Shown here: positions 23,561 to 35,860 of the stretch, one piece after another
Layout of the letters: each line of letters opens with the position of its first letter
Position numbering within the stretch: the first letter of the stretch is position 1
Source: Cetorhinus maximus
Taxonomy: Eukaryota
Assembly (NCBI RefSeq): GCF_964194155.1
Contig: NC_135908.1
Location: forward strand, 10,044,001 to 10,108,000
Length of the DNA stretch: 64,000 nucleotides
Direction of reading: 5' to 3'
The notes under the pieces: model-generated
Database searches by the model: none
Seen by the model: only the letters and a program-made list of their open reading frames with translations
What the model was told of the DNA's origin: nothing
Position numbers and translations under genes: made by a program

Positions 23561-24904
23561 AAACCAAGAACTGTGAATGTACTCGAAAGAGTTGAAAAAG
23601 ACCCTACTAGAGGCATCAATAGTGCCGTGGGTGCCAGAAAAATTAAATGCTTCCAATTCAAAGGGGTCTTGAATGTATTTCCTTTGTGGGAACAGGAACA
23701 GCATGTCCCAATGAGAGTAGGCAGCTGCAGGCTGCATCAGCCCCCTTAAACCTTGGCTGCAATAAATGTTTGAGAGAGAGAGAGAGAGAGATGGAAAAAC
23801 ACTGCATGCAAAATGCAATCAAAAAGACTTTTCAGACAAGCAAACTTTGAAGCCAGAACACCACAAACTTCTGAGAACCAGGGCTCATTGGAAAACCAAA
23901 CAAATCTGTTGGAACATGCTTTTGATAGCCAATTTACATTGCCTGGAGTTCATACCTCTGGACAAGTAGGCAGGCTTCAACAGGTACAACCAGTTTTCCC
24001 AGATAGAAAAATAGTTGAAATTTGCTCAAGTTTAATTTGCTTTGTGAATAGGATGCTCAAAAGTTGAGGGTGTGGTGACGTGATCAAAATTCACTCTTCC
24101 TCCCACACTTGCTGTCAGACTATTTTCCTTTATTCATCCAGCAGAAAAAAATCCCTTCCATAGTTAGTCAAACATTCCTCCTCAGCAGTCAGGGAACTGC
24201 TGCAAACCAAACAATGCCTTTATACGTTTTCTTTATTCATTGTGGTATTGCCGATTCCAGTTGCTCTTTAGTTTGTGGTGAGCTAGCTTCTTGAACTGCT
24301 GCAGTCCATATTCTGAACCACGCGGCACCGTCAGATAGGCAATCCCAGATTTTAATGCAGCATTGCCAATATATGCCTAATTCAGAAGGGTGAGAGATTG
24401 CTGCCCTTGTCCTCCTAGGTCACTGGTTTGGAAGGAGCTGAACTCACCATGTGCCGCTGTGAAGAGAGTGGATGGGTTATCAATCCACAGAATTAAATGA
24501 ACTCTTTCAAACCAGGCAGGTGAAAATAAATCTTGCTAGGAATTCTACCTCTTCCAATGAATGTAATGAATTGCACTGGTGGAGCAGATTCAGCCGTACT
24601 CTCACTCATTCTTCATGTACAGCCTACAACCATTACCTCATATTGGATGGAAAAACCCCAGCTGATTTCCTCTCACTGGTCCAGGGCTGAAAAGACAGAT
24701 TGTTGGATTCCAAAGATCAGTGAGCTCAGCACTGGCCGAGATCAGGGATTTTCTGCTTTGTCATGTACATATACTGCATAGCATTATGGAGTAACCAAGC
24801 AATCGCCAGTCTGTGCTTACGTTGGTTACTATACAGATTCACTGCATTGACATCAATAATAGGACAAGAAAAACTAGAAAGGATCTGGTAAATCATTTAT
24901 GAAC

Positions 24905-24910
24905 TTTATT
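24905..24910 (-). terminator. Candidate SNX1 poly(A) signal (~1.8 kb 3' UTR)
   Basis: AATAAA on minus with a U-rich tract downstream; other hexamers exist (25408, 25698, 24232), so not unique. Confidence 0.3.
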
Positions 24911-26740
24911 TTGAAAGTGGAGATCACAAAAGCAGACACAGGAACTGAACTGTTTCTTTCTACTGGTTCTTGAATGCAGTGAAGAGAGACAATCTCAGTT
25001 CCTCTGAAAGTACATTAAACGAAAAGTCAAAAAGAATTTAGTGCATAATGAGTAAAGATTACTGACTGCGTGCACAAGGACACGAGTATCTTTATCCAGA
25101 ATACTAACTGAGCTTAAGCCTATGAGGGCAGGCCACGAGCATGGTAACAGGAATGTAAACAGAACAGAAGATTCTTGTTGCCTTCCAATCAGCTTTGACT
25201 GTCAATCAGGAAAGCAGACAAGGTTACTTGGCGCCATTAGGTCACAGTTTCAGGGCAAGGTTCTCTGCCAGCAGTCTCTCTCTCTCACACACACACACAG
25301 ACACACTATTAGGTGGTTATGGGAGCTCAATAACAATGGAGGGGGAAGGTGGGGGGAGGAGTTTTGTTCTGGCATCATGGTAGGACTGGAGTCAAATACA
25401 CTAGTGTTTATTATAATATTGTTCCATGCCACTAATAAAATCAATCTCATTGGTAACAAAAGGCAAGCAAAATGGAAGCCCAATCTCAACCCTCTTATTT
25501 TCCACCCCCCAAAATTCTAAATGGCTTTGTATTTAGGCCCCACAATTAGTCCATAAAACAAACAGTACTGATCAAGGTAAAGTGAAGCCACCGCCATTCT
25601 TTTGTACATGGACACAGAGTTAGTGTTAGTAGGCTAAGTTAGGTCACAATAGATGCAAGGTTATGGTTGGATTAAGCTACCCGTTCCAGTTATGGCATTT
25701 ATTTTGGCATTTATAAAGTCTGATCTCCGAAGCCACTGCAAGAGGGAAAATTAAAAATGGAGCGTAGGACTGGAAAGTCAACCCAGATAAACAGTACCTG
25801 GGGAGACATCTCAGCCAGAGAGAGAGAGAAAACCACATCATGGAGTTCTCTTAAGCAAACAGAGCAGCTCATTGTCATGCAGAGTTCTCGTGAAATGGGT
25901 GGGATTCTTTATCCAACCACATCACAGTCCATATTCACAATACTCCTATAATCACCTGTATTTGATGAGAACGTCCTACAAACCTATTTTGCTGGAGAAC
26001 TTTGCCTCCTTCCCAATGTACCAGCCCTGTAACTGCAATGATAATCACGTTAAAAATAGAAACGCACACAGTGCAATGTAGTTTCAGCAAAGAGGGCGTG
26101 CGTTCCAACATTAATCCCTATTCGTGAATTGGCAATTTATCATGGTTTGGCCACAAGTACCAGCAGCTTGGAATTCCCAGGCCAACCATTACTTTTTCTT
26201 TGAAAGCTCAATTTCCGGTGTGATGTTGTACAGCTGGGTGGAGCACCTGGTCCTGACTGTGGTGCTCCCATCACTCGGATCCCCAACAAATCTTCCTTTG
26301 GTCCTTGCATAGACCTGTAGAAATCAGGTAGTCGAAGGAAAGACAGTTTTTTTGTTTTTTTTTAAAAAAAGAGTAACATGTCAAAATAGCAGTTCTGTCA
26401 CAGAGGAGAGCAGGAGTTTGTCATCAGGAGAGAGGGGTGGATGCTGTAGTAACAAGTTCAGATAATCCTCCCACTCACCTTCCTCCTCTCCCCCTCCCAA
26501 ACCCACATATACAACGGGCAAAAAAATCTCAAATCCATCAACTAAATGTGGTTTTCCCACCAATCAATTCATAAGAAAATATATGGAAACTAAAGATTAT
26601 ACTTCAAGATTTATCATAGGAAGAGCAAGAATGAACTGCAGCCATTGAAGAGTGTCCCCTTTCATAGATGATACTGCAGATTCACTTATAGGCTGGAGGT
26701 ATATAAAAGGCAGCAAGTGTCCACTCAACCCTCAATTCCA

Positions 26741-26791
26741 CTATGCAATGGCTTTTGCTTCTGGTAGGAAAGCTTCCCAGTATTTGATGAG
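26741..26791 (-). CDS. SNX1: SNX1 exon 15 (last): LIKYWEAFLPEAKAIA*
   Basis: Acceptor ttttggcag; TAG at 26743-26741; conserved SNX1/2 C-terminus; total CDS 1494 nt. Confidence 0.95.
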   Translation of the reverse strand, partial: LIKYWEAFLPEAKAIA

Positions 26792-28099
26792 CTGCCAAAA
26801 GAAAGTGTTGGTTAGAGGTACAGTATTTCCAAAATAAATTCCCATTTGCAAAAAACTAGAAATTGCAAGGCAGTGAATCCCAGCTCTAAAATACATTGAT
26901 GTTTCCGCCTGTTCCACAGTTTTCAGTGTCCCCTCCAAGCTGTGCAGCAACCTAAGAAATCCCACTGAGACCACACAAATTGGCCCTTTAGCTAACCACA
27001 TACGCACAGCATGAAAAAAGCACAAAAGACCTACGCACAGAGGGAAAAAACAAGGTATTTGGTTCTCAGTCTTGTCTTCAAAATTCCCCTACTCTGCTTA
27101 CAACCTAGTGGGGCTCACCTAGAGTTTGCTATTTAACTTGCAAAATGGCAAACAAGCCAAATTAAATGCGTCAGCTTGCTACTTTCCTTGGCTGCCAGTG
27201 TAAATCACGTCATAAAGGGATGGACACGACTCATAGCAAAATTAACATCCTAGCAGATAGGAGCAGGAATAGCCCACATGAGCCTGCTCTGCCTTTCAAT
27301 ATGGTCATGGCTGATTTTCTACTTCAACTCCACATTCCTGCCCTATACCCATATCTCTTGATTTGCTTACAGCCCAAAACAAACTATCAATCTCCTTTAT
27401 GTATATTCTTAACAAGTGAACACACACAGCCCTGGGTTACAGAATCCCAAAGATTACCAACCAGAAGAGTAATTTCTCATCACAGTCCTAAAATGGCTGA
27501 CCCCTTATCCTGACACTGTGACCCTAATTCTAGACAGTTCAATAAGAGGCTCAGTTATTGGCAAAGCAGTCTTTCCAGGACAGTGATTGTTTGAACCAGC
27601 CAGAAAGTTACTGCAAAGGATCAAGGGTGGAGGAGAGCAAGGCAGGTGTTCGATTCAGAGAAAGCTCATTCACTTGGGTAAAAGTAAACAATTTTCTGCA
27701 GACTTTCACTGATTGGCCATCACCATTAAACAGCACTATAACTATCGACTCATTGAGCTCATCTCCAGTGTTGCCCCTTAGTTCAACATCCAATTACATC
27801 TTCAATTCCTTTGATTTTATTCCCTGATCTGGTGTATTATGTCAGATGTTTATTTCCATTTGCTCATCCTATTCATCTGACTGTTCTTTAACAACTAGCA
27901 TATTGAAGAAGCTGTGCTCCAAGTCAGGTAGAGCTCAATGTAGTTTCTGAAAATCGGCAGTCATTTCAGCTCCCTCCTGTCTCTTACCCTCCTATAATAA
28001 CCACATTCCAGTTTCTCACAATAAGCAGTATCCAGAATAGGATACAAGTAGCAAGCTGTTTTAAGATATGAATTTCTAACCCAGGTCAAGGTAGCTCAC

Positions 28100-28171
28100 C
28101 TGTTGCTGAGAGTTTTGAAGAGTTTCCAAATACACAATTATCCGACTTTTGAAGTCTTTGATTTGTTCTTT
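28100..28171 (-). CDS. SNX1: SNX1 exon 14: KEQIKDFKSRIIVYLETLQNSQQQ
   Basis: 72 nt; acceptor actttcag, donor GTGAGC. Confidence 0.93.
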
Positions 28172-28323
28172 CTGAAAGTGTACAAAAGACAGGAGAATTA
28201 AAATATATAAAAAGTACAACTGTAACCAAGATAACAGCCCCAGTGTCCCCAGCTGACATGGCGTATGGATGAAAACTGTAGCCAGGTTTAACAGAGTCCG
28301 CTCAAACCCCTAACGCTGCTTAC

Positions 28324-28404
28324 CTCAAACCGAGCAACCTCCTTCCGAATGGTGATCGAGATCCGCTCAAACTCTCTCTCATATTGTAGAACTTTGGGCT
28401 CCCA
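28324..28404 (-). CDS. SNX1: SNX1 exon 13: WEPKVLQYEREFERISITIRKEVARFE
   Basis: 81 nt; acceptor gtttttag, donor GTAAGC. Confidence 0.94.
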
Positions 28405-30038
28405 CTAAAAACAGACAGTAGCTAATTAGCATCACTCCAATAATCCACTGACTCTCCCTAGAGGGAGACAGACTCATGATGCACATTGATCCAGAAGCAA
28501 CAATTGGCAAAGAGATTTTCCTGTACTCAATAAAGCAAGGTTGGGTACTAACTTTCTCTCAGTCCTCTATTCAGTTAGTACTACAGCTACACAGATGATT
28601 TCACCTTTGCACAGATTTAGCTGTGGTGGTGGTGGAGCTGTGACTGGTCTTAGCACCCTGTTATTGAAGGTGGAGAAGAGAATAAACCAGATTTCTGCCC
28701 AGGGATAACTATCTAGCATTGTCTTGAGAGAACATGCTGGCAAGGACAGGGTTGGGTCTACACCCAGTGCTTGAATAGCCTGACCTCACCTGCCTTAGAT
28801 GAGAACATGCATTTATACAGCACAGTTTATTATAGTAAACATTGAGTCACTTCACAGGAGCAAACAAAATTTGATTCTAAGCCACCCAAGGAGATATTAG
28901 AACAGATGACTAAAATCTTAGTCAGAGGTTGGTTTTAAGGGGCATTTTAAGAGGAGGGAAGCAAGATCAAGAGGTTCAAAGAGGGAATTCCAGAACCTAG
29001 GGTCCAGGAAGCTGCAAACACGGCTGCTTATGGTGAAGTGATGAAAATCGGGGCATGCTCAAGAGGTCAGAATTAGAGGAGCGCGGAGTTCTAAGGGCTG
29101 GAGGAGATTACAGAGATGGAGGGGGGGTGGGAGGGGCAAAGGGATTTGATACAAGGTTGAGAACTTTAAAAATTGAGGCACTGCTTAACTGACAGCCAAT
29201 GCAGGTCAATGAACAGAGGGATGATGGCTGAATGGGACTTGGTGCCAGTTAGGATATGGAGGAGCAGAGTTTTGGATGAGCTGAAGTTTAATGAACCGGG
29301 AAGCTGTTAACCCCCCTTTCACAATGGAATTGATCTGCTGCACCCAAACAATTGTAGTCTTTCATACTTGGTCAATTATTCCTGCTATGAAGGTAAACTC
29401 CTGATGCTGCACAACTCCACTGGTGCAGGTGGACCTCTGGTATCCTGCCCAATTCTTCCCATTAGGGAAACTGGACACCAGCAGGCTATTGAACTGTGGT
29501 AGCTGTCACAAGCCAAACCAATCTCACACTCAAGACACTGAACCTCTCACATTCCAGCTGAGTTATTGGGTCGTTATCAGGGATGCTGAGGTTGGTTTCA
29601 CACTTTAATCTAGTGGCACCAATTTTAACAGCATATGACTGTGGTCAGCTCACTCAACACAGATCAACGATGAAACATGGCACTTTTCTGTTCTCTGTAG
29701 TTCAGCTCAAAATTCATCTTTATTTAAAATTCATCTTTTTGCCAGAAGTTACCTGTGGACATTTACAGATTGGAAATAATCCATTATATACTGATCGAGT
29801 GTTATTGAGGGCAATGGTGCGATCAAGACCTGTGCCCTGTCCTCAGCAGGTACCTTATGCAAGCTATATTGACAGGTACCCGAAAGCTGCACTAACATTA
29901 CCCACGCATCAAAAGTTCGACAGGTTATGTAAATATTCCCAAATGCAGATGGCTGAGCATTAAAAGAGTGTCTGCTCATTGGTCAGTAAAAATACAGAAT
30001 TAACAGACCGATGCCTGCTCCCCCTGTGTGCCCCATAC

Positions 30039-30182
30039 CTCCGTTATCTCATCTTTGGCTTGTTGTAGCTTGTCGGGTTTGTTGGCCCATATGAGTCGAG
30101 CTTCGTTCTCTCGTTTCTTCTGTAGTGTAGTCTGAGCATCCTGCCAACGTTGCCATGCTTTCATCCTCTGGTCAAATACTCC
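30039..30182 (-). CDS. SNX1: SNX1 exon 12: [48 protein letters not shown]
   Basis: 144 nt, AG/GTATGG boundaries. Confidence 0.95.
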
Positions 30183-30850
30183 CTGCACCAGGACAGCCAT
30201 ATCACAGCACTCAACATCCAGGTTAAAACCACACAAAACTAGCAAACCTTCAATTAGTAAAGCAAGTTCACAACTGGACTGATCAACGCAAGAAGTCCAA
30301 GGATCAATTATCAATTACTTCAATGAGGGGTCCAGGGCTCCTTATTCTGATCACTACCCAATGATGCTGAAAAGAGACAGGCTCATGGACCAGTTATAAT
30401 TATCCCCTATTCTTAAACAGCTTGTTAATGCTCCCTGTGTAGGCAGATGAATAATATACCTTTGGGCAAAGTACTGAAGGGCAGCTTCCAAGTGTGGAGC
30501 CATCTTTTTTCAAGAGGGGATAGCAGGTTGGGAGAGAGAGAAAATGGAGAACTTGCACTTAACTGCTATGTCCCCCAAAGACAAGGACTCCCCACATTAT
30601 TCCTCCAGCAGATGGTTTGGTAATCTCCTCGGATGGTCTCTACCATCAGAGGTACTTTCACCTCCCAAAATAAAGGGGAGGTGAGAAAAAAATCTTAAGT
30701 AGACAATTAATTTCTCAGCTGATGAGGCAGATTATACAAACAAAATATCCCAACATGAAAAACCGCTGAGTAATAACCCAGCTACCAGAAAATGCACTAG
30801 AGGCTTGGGTTGTTGAGTAGTAAAGCGGCACCATTAGCACCTTCTGATAC

Positions 30851-31056
30851 CCTCACTGCAGAAATCAGGCGGATATAGTCACTCAGCAACTCAGCAAACA
30901 GGAAGAAGTCGTTGTTGGCTTGATCCTGGTAAAGTTGCTCAATCTTCTCCTCGACCTCTGCAAGCTGCGACAGTGCACGGGATAAAGCGGTGTGGTCCTC
31001 CGAGCTCCCCAGCATGGCAGCACTCTTCGCAAAAATGGCCGTGTTCATCGCTAGCT
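30851..31056 (-). CDS. SNX1: SNX1 exon 11: [40 protein letters not shown]...[10 protein letters not shown]
   Basis: 206 nt; acceptor atcatcag, donor GTATCA. Confidence 0.94.
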
Positions 31057-32683
31057 CTGATGATCAAAACAGAATACAGTCTAAATACAAGCCAGTTTAC
31101 TGCCTTCACTGACCGCACAGAATGGGGGGGACTGACGTCTGTTTAAATGCTCATCCGCTAAGACTTAGGGACTTAACATCTTCCCCCCACCCCCATCCCC
31201 CAACTCCAGTATTAAAATTCACTTCATTAATAGCTCACTTTCATCTACAAAACGAGAAGTGGAACAATCCAGTCTCAAAAACTTCCAAGTTCCTTACTCA
31301 CTTCTCACGTTTCCTTCCTGCACCAAAAAGGTTATTTCCTTTGGCCTCACAAGAACAACATTTGTGCTGGGGCATAGGGAACTTTCGATTTTAGATAGCT
31401 CACCCAAGCATTTTTAAAATAGTTTCTTTTCGCCTGGCCTGGCATAAACAGTTTGCTTACTGCTATGTTTCCGTTACTATGAGAAAGGTCAGAAGTGAGA
31501 TTACTACCAGCCACTTGATTGTTGCAGTATGAGATTGTACAATAACATTACTACCCATTCTGTCTATACATAGGTCAGAATTCCTTCGCCCATGGTCGAC
31601 TGAGTGATGGAGTCACAACATTTAGTGATACTATTGACACTGTCTACTGGACGCAGGTTGGTGTGCTGTGCCCTGGGGTAACTGAGCAAGATACAGTTCT
31701 ACTCTTGTGGTTGAGGAATGGACAGTTGAGGAGCAGCATGAAGGAGGCTGAGTAAAGCCTACATTGTTCCATCAAATACTCCTAGGGCAAGTACAACAAA
31801 GTAATGCTCTTCAACTGACCCAAGTGCCTAAACCACAGTCTCCTACTATACTCGAGTACTTTTCCCACAGTTTAACACTCTGTAACCAGCTGTATGCCAA
31901 TATGATTAGGTTAGTTTTTAAAACTGAACAAACCTATTCATTGCTTAAGTACCTCTGTTCACTGCTTAGGTTCTCTATTCTAAAGAAGAAATAGTTTCAA
32001 CATGATTCTCATGGTATCTTTTACTTTCAAAACTCCAGATGTTACAATATCCTGAATTTAGGCTGATGAGCAAGTTGCACTTAGTCATATTGCACTGGGG
32101 AGGGCGCCATGCTAAACCTGGGTCATGATAAGCATGTTCTTCCAGCTCTCCTTTAGGCTTCAGTGCTCAGGCATAATCACACTTGCTAATGCTGCAACTG
32201 AAAAGAAACATTGAGCTCAGTCCGTTAGCATCAATGCATTTGGAGTTTTTGATTAACTTCCTGATGGCAACTAACCAGCCATTCTAACAGCTTCAGGCAA
32301 TCTTAAACAAAATGCAAATCAGCAACCCTTGTCCACACCCAGCAATGAGGTGGGAGCAGAAACGCGTAATTAACTCCACCCCTCTAATCCATCAAAACAG
32401 CACAGTATATTGCGTGCAAGCCACGAGCTACTCAGCCTAGCTAAGGTTATCTACCGGAGCCCTTACAAAACCACAGATCCTACTGCTTCTATAGATGAGC
32501 TTTGTCATTCTGACCCATGACACCTCCCAGTTCTCTCCACACAGAAGTTACTTGATGTGTTCATCAAGGGGAAATGTGAACCGACATCATGTACAATACA
32601 GATTAGTTTGCAAAATTACGGGATTGCTTTGTGCAGTGTCAAGTTTATGCCAATCCTCCTTTGGTCAAACTCTCTAGCCTCAC

Positions 32684-32777
32684 CTTTTCTGTGATTGACT
32701 AGTGTTTCAACAACAACGTGGAGTTTGCGTAACTGCTGGTCTTCATTCTCAATCTCCTGAAACTTCTCTTCAAACCA
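32684..32777 (-). CDS. SNX1: SNX1 exon 10: [31 protein letters not shown]
   Basis: 94 nt, AG/GTGAGG boundaries; start of the BAR domain. Confidence 0.95.
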
Positions 32778-33519
32778 CTGGAAACGGAACAGACAAATAT
32801 CACATATTGCAAAAGGAAGGAGGTACAAAGATTGAAATAAAGCAGACTCAGCCCACATTCCTCATGCAGAAGCTTTTCAACTGGTCATTGAAAGGCTAGG
32901 AAATTATATAAAAACCGCACCAAACAAAGCACGCAACCCCATGTGCAAAAGCCCCCTTATGTATATCACATTAGCAGATAATTTTGCAGTTTTTAAGAAT
33001 CAAATAGCAAAGATTCTGAGAAACAGAAGCAACAAGCACTCACTTCCTTTAACACAATGCATCGTCAACAATCGACAGATCATGGACAGGACTTGGAGGC
33101 TCAGAGAGTCGCTGGTGACAGAAGAATCCTCCCCGCCATCCCCTCACATTGAGAGTCAGGCTGTGTGTGGAGATCAGGAGTAGGACCCTGGAGAATTTTC
33201 TCTCCTTGACCCACAGATTCAGCAATCAATGCAGCAAGCTCCACTGTCTCTGTCCCTCCACACTCATTACCATGACTGGAATGGGCCAACTCAGCACAAA
33301 CCACAAGCAGGACATGGAACTTTCTGATCACCATCTGTACTTACGAGCTCAACTATTTTCTGCAGCTCTTGTTCTGACCATTATTCAACAGTTTTTTTGA
33401 ACTCAAGTCATGCTTCAGCTCATCAGACACCAGAATTAAATTGCTCACTCACACATATGCAACATTAAACAGCAAAATGAAGCCCATTGCTCATTCCACA
33501 GTAGCCATGAAACACTTAC

Positions 33520-33633
33520 TATATCCGACTCATTCATCTTAATGGTCATCTTGCTGACTGCATCAGCAGCCTTGTTCACCATCCGAAGGAGGCCAGCACC
33601 ACTCAGAGCCTGAGTGTTTACTGCTCGTGGCAA
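33520..33633 (-). CDS. SNX1: SNX1 exon 9: [38 protein letters not shown] (amphipathic helix)
   Basis: 114 nt, AG/GTAAGT boundaries. Confidence 0.95.
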
Positions 33634-34830
33634 CTGTAAATCAGATTGAAATGTCAATGTTATACACAACACTGCTCACCAAAAACCATTTGCTTTAATA
33701 TTTTTCACCCACAGACACAACGGCTAGACAGAGAGTTTTCAGTAGGTTTCTAATTGTAAAAAGTTAACTGTTGGCACACATGACCAATGTCAGATCAACT
33801 TTTTATCCTAGCATGTTAAAAAAAAAGTGCAATGATATACACAGTGCCACGACAGTCACCAAGTGCCAAATATGGCCAATTAGAACATCTGGCATGTTAA
33901 CAGGCAATGGGACTGCTATTCATGTGAGCTGGGTCCACAGTGCAGAATAAATGCCAGTTCTTAGCTGCTCTTTATCAAATTCCCCTGCTGCCTGAGACAG
34001 CAGATTCAGTAGCTTATTACATTAGTGACAGCTAAAGAACATGCAGGGCTTGATAGAACAGGGGTACTCCAGGGTACAGAAAAATGGTGACCAGACATCT
34101 TTACAAAAGGTCGTGCAAGACTGCATCAGTTTTGGCCCAGTTTGGTTCACCTCTGCAAATAGCTTATTAACAGGCTTGATGGATTAGATGATCTCAGGAA
34201 ATTCAGTTTTAAACATTTCAGTAAATCACCACTGTACATCATCGCTGCATGCAGCCACAGGAAAGGACAACATCAGTTTGGATAAGCTATACAAATACAT
34301 GGTGGTGAAGAGAGGTGGAAAAAGAAAAGGAGGTTGGGCCGGAGACTGAGGTTTAATATCCCTGTTCTTCACTGACAAGAGAAGAAAACTAGTTCTATAA
34401 AAAGGTGCCGGTGATTGGTCAATATCTGTGGGCAAAAAGACAAGTGATATGTGGACAGAAATTTGACGAGGGTTACAGTGGAAACTGGAAAGAAAGGAAG
34501 GGGAACAATATTCCAATATGAGGAGAGGAAGTGAATGTGATGAATCACCAGCAAACTCAATGAAGCAGAAAATGATTAGATACAAGAGATCATCACGAGA
34601 CGACAATGGAAAGACATTAACAAACAAATGAAGGCACAAATAGACAAGATGGCGATGAGTCACTAACAAAAAAAAGAGGGAACTGTGAACTGGTGAGAAG
34701 AAAAAAGGTCAACAGGTAGTCAAACATTAAACATTGAAATGTTCGAAACAGTGGACGCTATCTTTTGATGGAAGGATGGAGCACTAGCAAAAGGTAGCAA
34801 ACCCTCTTTCACCAAAATGGAGGGCTTTAC

Positions 34831-34906
34831 CTCATCTTTTTCCAAGAATTCTCTCACATCAGGATCCTGTAAGAGTGTGGGGTGCTTGATGATTCTCTGT
34901 AGATAT
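34831..34906 (-). CDS. SNX1: SNX1 exon 8: RYLQRIIKHPTLLQDPDVREFLEKDE
   Basis: 76 nt, AG/GTAAAG boundaries. Confidence 0.95.
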
Positions 34907-35264
34907 CTGGAATAATAACCAGAGGGTTCAGTTCTCTCTGGAGTTAATTCTTTTGAGATTTTGAGAAAGCGACTAAATGTGACCAGGCATCTGTGCACAC
35001 TTGACTACACTTTCCAGAGTTTACAGATAGACACTTACAATTAACTGCGCGCACAGTCATTACAATACTGTTAACATAATGGACAGCAGTCTGTATTAAC
35101 CTTTTACAGAAACACACCCTCATTTTAAATGTCAATCTCAAACTCAACAATGCATGGGCCAGAAAGCAGCTGAAGCAAAGCTTCACACTCCCATGTAAAT
35201 TGTGGATCAGGTGCCACCTAGTGCATAATATGCAGAACTGGTCAGAAACCTGGACCTTCAGGGA

Positions 35265-35860
35265 TACATAAGAAATAGGAGTAGGCCATTTGGCCCTTCC
35301 AGCCTGCCCTGCCCAAGATCCTGGCTGATCTTCTATCTCAACTTCACCTTCCTGCACTATCCTCTTAGTGCCCAAAAAATCCCAGTCTTGAATATACTCC
35401 ATGATTGATCATCTACCACCCTCTGGTAGAGAATCCCAAAGATTCACAACTGTTTGAATGAAAAAATTTCTCATCTCAGTCTTAAATGGCCGACCCGAGA
35501 CTGTTCTAGATTCCCCAACCAGGTGGTAAATTTCTCAGCATCTAACCTGTCAAACTGCTCAAGAATTTTATATGTTTCAGTGCGATCATCTCTCATTCTT
35601 CTAAACTCCAGGGAACATAGGCCTAGTCTACTCAATCTCTTCTCATGGGACAATCCCCATGTCATTGGAACCAGTCTAGTGAAGCTTCATTGCACTCCCT
35701 CTAGGGCAAGTATGTTCTTCTTTACGTGAGGAGATCAAAACTACACACACTACTCCAGGAGAGGCTTCATCAATGTCCTGTATAATCATAGTAAGACTTA
35801 TTTAATCTTATACTCCAATCCCTTTATAATATAAGCTAACACACTATTTATGTTCCTGAT
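35265..35860 (-). mobile_element. CR1 3' end fragment
   Basis: LSHEKRLSRLGLCSLEFRRMRDD...ETYKIL plus CR1 3' UTR. Confidence 0.8.
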
